From contig CAMVHF010000002.1 of the NCBI GenBank assembly GCA_947167235.1, positions 1 to 51,962 on the forward strand: 51,962 nt of DNA. Direction: 5' to 3'. The DNA is from an uncultured Alphaproteobacteria bacterium (GTDB lineage Bacteria > Pseudomonadota > Alphaproteobacteria > RF32 > CAG-239). Made by a program: the position numbers and the translations under genes. The notes under the pieces were generated by a model. It searched no databases and was not told the origin of the DNA. It saw nothing but the letters and a program-made list of their open reading frames with translations. This document shows, one piece after another, positions 47,874 through 51,962 of the stretch. Numbering within the stretch: the stretch's first letter is position 1; each line of letters opens with the position of its first letter.

Positions 47874-48423
47874 TTTATTTAATAAATTTTTTCATAAAAA
47901 TAATATTACCACAAAAGTAGTGGTTAATACAGAAGTTACTGGTTTAGATTATAAAGATGGGCATAAACTTGTTGAAATTGCTGCTATTGAAATTGATAAA
48001 AATGATATTCAAACTGGTGCAGTATTTCATGCCTATATTAATCCTGAGCGCGATGTACCGGAAGAAGTTGTCAAAATACATGGTTTGGATTATGATTTTT
48101 TACAAGATTATCCGCCCTTTGCCGCCTATAAAAACGAATTTTTGAATTTTATCAAAGGCAAGGAAATCATCGGACACCATATTCTATTTGACTTAAACTT
48201 TTTGAATAATGAAATCGGCTTTAAGCCGGAAAACAAAATAACCGATACTTTAGAAATGGCAAAAGCCGTATTCGCCGGTCAAAAAAATCATTTATGCGCT
48301 TTAAGTGAACGTCTGAATGTGAAAATCAAGTATCCGGCATACAACGGCGCTTTACTGGATGCACTGCATATTATTGAGATTTATAAAAAATTGAAAAACC
48401 GCCAATCGGCATTTCATTTATGA
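47866..48423 (+). CDS. DnaQ (pol III epsilon)-like 3'-5' exonuclease domain protein with substituted catalytic residues
   Basis: It aligns by eye to E. coli DnaQ. ExoI VVVNTEVTGL matches IVLDTETTGM (D->N). ExoII GHHILFDLNFL matches IHNAAFDIGFM. ExoIII YNGALLDALHIIEIY matches LHGALLDAQILAEVY (H->N). Confidence 0.8.
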   Translation: MISLFNKFFHKNNITTKVVVNTEVTGLDYKDGHKLVEIAAIEIDKNDIQTGAVFHAYINPERDVPEEVVKIHGLDYDFLQDYPPFAAYKNEFLNFIKGKEIIGHHILFDLNFLNNEIGFKPENKITDTLEMAKAVFAGQKNHLCALSERLNVKIKYPAYNGALLDALHIIEIYKKLKNRQSAFHL

Positions 48424-48529
48424 TTTTCAAGCTTGTATTTGGCGACGCGTCGTGTTAATACTTATTAATAATCTTCACCGCCATTAATTATACGGCAAGC
48501 CTCTAACCGCTTAGAATAAGGATTCTGAT

Positions 48530-50236
48530 ATGGGAAAATATGAAAAAGACACTATTAAAAATATTATAGAAAAAATTAAAGAAGGAAAGGTATTTTTACC
48601 TGCCTTACAGCGAAAATATGTTTGGGCAGAAGACCGAGTGACTAAATTTATGGATTCTGTCATGAAAAATTATCCTATTGGTACTTTCCTGTTCTGGAAA
48701 GTAAAAAACAGCGTGATAAACGAAAAAGAATATTCAATGTATGAATTTATCAGAGATTATCATCAGCGAGATTTTTTCAAAAACAAACTTGCAGCTCCCC
48801 CGACAAATCCTGATAATTCTATTTGGGCTGTATTAGATGGGCAACAACGTTTAACCTCTCTGTATATAGCTTTACAGGGAAGTATAAGTAATAAAATTCC
48901 TAATAAGCAATGGAAAAATGATGATGCTTTTCCCAAAAAAGAATTATACTTCAATATTCATAGTCAAATAAATGATGAAGATTCTTTTTATGAATTTGAA
49001 TTTCTGACTGCGGATGCAGCAAAAAGCACAAAAAATAATCAACTTTGGTATCGGGTTAAAGACATATTAAAGTACAAATTTGAAGAGCTTTACAGTAGAC
49101 TGTTTATTCCCAATAATTTATTAAATGACAGCGTCGCAATAGATAATTTATCAAAATTACATACAAGATTATTTAAGGATGAACTTATTAACTATTATGA
49201 AGAAGAGGCTGACTCTATCGATAATGTGTTGGAGATATTTGTCCGTGTAAATTCAGGTGGTATGGTTTTATCAAAAAGTGATTTATTATTTTCAACAATC
49301 GTATCGCATTGGGATGACGCAAGAGAAGAAATTGATTCTCTTTTAACCGCTATAAATAAGATTGGAGAGGGATATAAATTTACAAATGATTTTATTATGC
49401 GCACTTGTTTATATTTAATAGATGATTTAAGTGTATCATTAAAAGTTGAAGCATTTAAAAGAGACAAGGTGTTAAAAATTAAAGATAACTGGAACAGTAT
49501 AAAGAATTCCATAAAAACAACCGTCAATTTACTTAATGATTATGGTTTTAATGCCGAAAATATAATTTCGTACGTATCTATAATACCTGTCGTATATTAT
49601 ATTTATAAAGGCGGAAAACTTGATGAGCTGAGTAAAAATGAATTAAAAAAATATATAGTGATTTCTCAAGTTAAACAAATATTCGGAGCTTCAACAAATA
49701 CCGCGTTGACAAATATCAAAAAATTCATAAATACCGAAAAGTCTTTTGAATTAAGTGATTTATATGGAATACGTTTTACGGGCGAGAAAACTCTAAAATA
49801 TACAAGTGAAGAGATAGACGGCTTATTCGATACACATGAAATAGGTGCTTACACCTTTATGCTGTTATCTCTTTTATATCCAAACTTGAAATATAGCCAA
49901 AAGCCTTTCCATCAAGACCATATGCACCCTAAATCATGGTTTGAGAATGATAAAATCAAAGATTTGATTCTGCCAAATGGTGCAAAAATTGATAATGATA
50001 CTATTGTTGATTGGCAAAGAAAAAGAAATACATTGGCTAATCTTCAAATGCTTGAAGGAAGAGAAAATGAAAGTAAAAATGACACTCCTTTAGTTGAATG
50101 GTTAAAAATACCGTCAAATAAAGAGAATGTAAAATATTTGCCTCAAAATATATCTTACGAACTTTCAAATTTTGAAGAGTTTATGGAGGAAAGAAAAAAA
50201 CTCATGAGTTCAAAACTAAAAGAAATTTTACTATAA
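48530..50236 (+). CDS. GmrSD-type type IV restriction endonuclease-like protein (N-terminal DUF262, C-terminal DUF1524 His-Me finger)
   Basis: DUF262 motifs are LPALQRKYVW and LDGQQRLTSLYIAL. The C-terminal region is FHQDHMHPKS...NLQMLEGRENESKND. Confidence 0.8.
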   Translation: MGKYEKDTIKNIIEKIKEGKVFLPALQRKYVWAEDRVTKFMDSVMKNYPIGTFLFWKVKNSVINEKEYSMYEFIRDYHQRDFFKNKLAAPPTNPDNSIWAVLDGQQRLTSLYIALQGSISNKIPNKQWKNDDAFPKKELYFNIHSQINDEDSFYEFEFLTADAAKSTKNNQLWYRVKDILKYKFEELYSRLFIPNNLLNDSVAIDNLSKLHTRLFKDELINYYEEEADSIDNVLEIFVRVNSGGMVLSKSDLLFSTIVSHWDDAREEIDSLLTAINKIGEGYKFTNDFIMRTCLYLIDDLSVSLKVEAFKRDKVLKIKDNWNSIKNSIKTTVNLLNDYGFNAENIISYVSIIPVVYYIYKGGKLDELSKNELKKYIVISQVKQIFGASTNTALTNIKKFINTEKSFELSDLYGIRFTGEKTLKYTSEEIDGLFDTHEIGAYTFMLLSLLYPNLKYSQKPFHQDHMHPKSWFENDKIKDLILPNGAKIDNDTIVDWQRKRNTLANLQMLEGRENESKNDTPLVEWLKIPSNKENVKYLPQNISYELSNFEEFMEERKKLMSSKLKEILL

Positions 50237-50271
50237 ACGCGAAATTTTATATTTGTATTAACCAATATAAC

Positions 50272-50310
50272 AAAGATTATGCCTCATAGATTGGCATAAT
50301 CTTTGATTTT
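50272..50310 (+). terminator. rho-independent terminator after the GmrSD-like gene
   Basis: A perfect 12-bp stem AAAGATTATGCC/GGCATAATCTTT with a 9-nt loop is followed by GATTTT. Confidence 0.7.
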
Positions 50311-50382
50311 AAGAAATTGCATTTGATACATAAAATTTTTATCTTCTCATTCAGAAAATGCAAATTTTTCCATTGACTTTTA

Positions 50383-50412
50383 TTGACAAAAATATTACCC
50401 TGTCAGCATAAT
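50383..50412 (+). promoter_or_regulatory. sigma70-type promoter candidate (TTGACA-N18-CATAAT) for the 50448 cassette
   Basis: TTGACA lies at 50383..50388 and CATAAT at 50407..50412. Confidence 0.5.
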
Positions 50413-50447
50413 TTCATACTATTTATAAACATTTAATTATAACAATT

Positions 50448-51065
50448 ATGACTAGCATTGACTGCAAGCTGGAAGCTTTCCAGAAAGTTCTTTGGGGATA
50501 TTCTCTTTCCCGCGAAGAAGAAGACATGTACATGGACCTTTACCGGAAATTGTTGATGGCTGAAGCACTGCCAAACAAAACTGTTGTTCAGCGCGCTAAG
50601 CAAATTAAGCCTCTCGTGCGTATCCGCCACAATGCGGTGTGCCACTATGAAAAGGTATTTACGGCCGATGCAACGGATTTGCTGGTGTTTACCACGCTGT
50701 ATGATATTGGGAAGAGCTATCTTTTCAATTTCAACGATGACAGACAAGTCGTGAAACATTTCCGCCGGCCGTTGGTTTTGCGCGGTTTGCAGAAAGTCGG
50801 CGAATTCCAGTGCTATCACCGGTTTGAGGAGAATCATGCTTCCTTATGCCCGTGTGTCGAGGAAGTTTTGAGACAACTGCCAGAAGACATTGACTTGAGC
50901 CGTGTTGACGTGTTTGAACTCAAGTTTGATTCTTCCGACCCAGCCGACGTCTATGATCCGCTTTTGGACCGCTATGAATCGACAGTTGTGCTGTACTCTA
51001 TGTCCGATGGTTTGCCGCAGCAGATCAAGCAACAGCCCGTCATGTATCACGATGTTCGTTACTAA
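50448..51065 (+). CDS. hypothetical protein (205 aa), compositionally foreign (GC-rich)
   Basis: It is a clean ORF with no motif I recognise. Hand-counted 60-nt windows give 47%, 53%, 58% and 50% GC, against about 40% in core genes and 22-37% in neighbouring island genes. Confidence 0.6.
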   Translation: MTSIDCKLEAFQKVLWGYSLSREEEDMYMDLYRKLLMAEALPNKTVVQRAKQIKPLVRIRHNAVCHYEKVFTADATDLLVFTTLYDIGKSYLFNFNDDRQVVKHFRRPLVLRGLQKVGEFQCYHRFEENHASLCPCVEEVLRQLPEDIDLSRVDVFELKFDSSDPADVYDPLLDRYESTVVLYSMSDGLPQQIKQQPVMYHDVRY

Positions 51066-51069
51066 AGCT

Positions 51070-51282
51070 ATGGCTGACATTCAAAAAGTTGCTGAAGAAA
51101 TTTTTAAAATCAGTAACGGCGAACTGGATGAAACGATGCGAATCCTTAAAGAGGAATATGGAATAACACCGTTTGTTCCAGATGCCAAGCAGTCTTTCCT
51201 TCAGACATTTGTTCAACCGCCAATTAATTTTTGTCCCTTAAAAACAAAATCAACGGTTGAAACCTCAAAAAAGTCTGAATAA
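51070..51282 (+). CDS. hypothetical small protein (70 aa)
   Basis: The ATG at 51070 lies 4 nt after the upstream stop (MADIQKVAEEIFKISNGELDETMRILKEEYG...). It is the in-frame downstream part of track ORF 50902..51282. Confidence 0.5.
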   Translation: MADIQKVAEEIFKISNGELDETMRILKEEYGITPFVPDAKQSFLQTFVQPPINFCPLKTKSTVETSKKSE

Positions 51283-51293
51283 ATTTTACTCTT

Positions 51294-51325
51294 AAAGCCC
51301 TTCATTTTGAAGGGCTTTAACTGTT
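51294..51325 (+). terminator. terminator candidate after the two-gene cassette
   Basis: A perfect 10-bp stem AAAGCCCTTC/GAAGGGCTTT with a 5-nt loop is present. The T-tract is displaced (AACTGTTTTT). Confidence 0.5.
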
Positions 51326-51357
51326 TTTAATAAAAAAACTGATAATTTATTTTCTTA

Positions 51358-51396
51358 CAAAAAAATCCGCCGAGATAAACATTCGGCGGATTTTTT
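51358..51396 (-). terminator. rho-independent terminator downstream of the OmpA-family gene (bidirectional shape)
   Basis: A 9-bp stem ATCCGCCGA/TCGGCGGAT is flanked by A7 and T6 runs. Confidence 0.7.
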
Positions 51397-51413
51397 ATGA
51401 TGCACGGTAATTA

Positions 51414-51962
51414 CTATTGAGCGTTAATCAGCATAATCTCAACACGACGGTTTTGAGCTTTACCTTCTGCCGTTGCATTGGATGCAATCGGGTTAGCCGC
51501 ACCGGCGCCGTATGCATTCAAACGATTTCCGGCAACACCGCGTAAGCTCAAATATGATGCAACGGATTGCGCACGACGCTGTGATAACGGAATATTGATT
51601 TTATCATTACCTGTGCTGTCTGTATAACCGACAATTTGCAAATTGGTTTTATCATATTCGTTAGCCACTAAGGCAACCGAATCCAACACGGCATTTGCTT
51701 GTGGTAACAAGGTTGATTCATTGGTATTGAAAGTGATTTTGTTTGGCATAATCAAGCGAACATTATCGCCGTCACGCATTACCTGAACACCGGTTCCGGC
51801 CAATTTTTCACGCAATTTACTTGCCTGAACATCCATATATCCGCCGGTTGCCGCACCGGCTGCACCGCCGACACCGGCACCGATTAAAGCACCCTTTTCG
51901 CCACCAATCAACGCACCGACACCGGCACCGACTGCAGCGCCGATACCTGTTCCCCAAGCGGT
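51414..51962 (-). CDS. OmpA-family peptidoglycan-binding protein with an N-terminal glycine-zipper region (5' end outside the window)
   Basis: The OmpA-like C-terminus is GYTDSTGNDKINIPLSQRRAQSV...NRRVEIMLI. The frame stays open to the window edge (…GAAVGAGVGALIGGEKGALIGAGVGG…), so the gene is partial. Confidence 0.85.
   Translation of the reverse strand, partial: TAWGTGIGAAVGAGVGALIGGEKGALIGAGVGGAAGAATGGYMDVQASKLREKLAGTGVQVMRDGDNVRLIMPNKITFNTNESTLLPQANAVLDSVALVANEYDKTNLQIVGYTDSTGNDKINIPLSQRRAQSVASYLSLRGVAGNRLNAYGAGAANPIASNATAEGKAQNRRVEIMLINAQ

Noticed and set aside
48443-48452. A perfect GC-rich 10-bp palindrome CGACGCGTCG, followed by a TTAATA-CT-TATTAA near-palindrome, lies between the exonuclease and GmrSD genes.
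   Set aside because: It is too short to interpret. There is no T-run for a terminator and no second copy in the window. I mention it only as context for the GmrSD gene.
51294-51318. An 8-nt match CCCTTCAT to the tRNA-His T-stem/acceptor junction lies at the far end of the island, raising the possibility of an attR.
   Set aside because: Only 8 nt match, and they do not extend into the acceptor/CCA part. They form one arm of a terminator hairpin. Allowing any 8-mer from the tRNA 3' third on both strands of this spacer, a chance match is not improbable.

Overview
This is about 52 kb of chromosome from a low-GC, alphaproteobacterium-like genome. Hand-counted 60-nt windows in core genes give about 40% GC. 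The lineage call is inference from gene content and order: a pyrH-frr-uppS-cdsA-rseP-bamA-lpxD-fabZ block, HdaA, a CckA-like hybrid kinase, a MipZ-like ATPase, and a canonical G-1:C73 tRNA-His as in Rickettsiales/Holosporales-type lineages.

Positions 1..44300 are ordinary, densely packed housekeeping DNA. They encode tRNA-Gly, murA, htpG behind a sigma32-type promoter, the envelope/lipid block, plsY, dprA, topA (interrupted by a frameshift), infA, a type IV pilin, trxB, a ferredoxin, a TetR-MFP-RND efflux operon, rsmB, pth-rplY, a prepilin peptidase, groESL, hdaA, a hybrid kinase, pgm and a SPOR-domain DD-carboxypeptidase.

The unusual part starts at tRNA-His (44432..44509). The tRNA is followed by a 125-nt structured element whose two ends copy the tRNA-His acceptor stem. 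After that comes a roughly 6.8-kb accessory island (about 44.7..51.3 kb) of mosaic composition with no integrase. The island holds:
- an XRE regulator with divergent operator-like palindromes
- a lipoprotein
- a PD-(D/E)XK nuclease
- two tiny translationally coupled proteins
- a DnaQ-like exonuclease with two catalytic residues replaced (D->N, H->N)
- a GmrSD-type (DUF262/DUF1524) type IV restriction enzyme
- a self-contained, GC-rich two-gene cassette of unknown function

The best candidate for an undescribed system is the nuclease / small proteins / degenerate exonuclease cassette next to GmrSD. I saw no CRISPR array, IS element, transposase or integrase.
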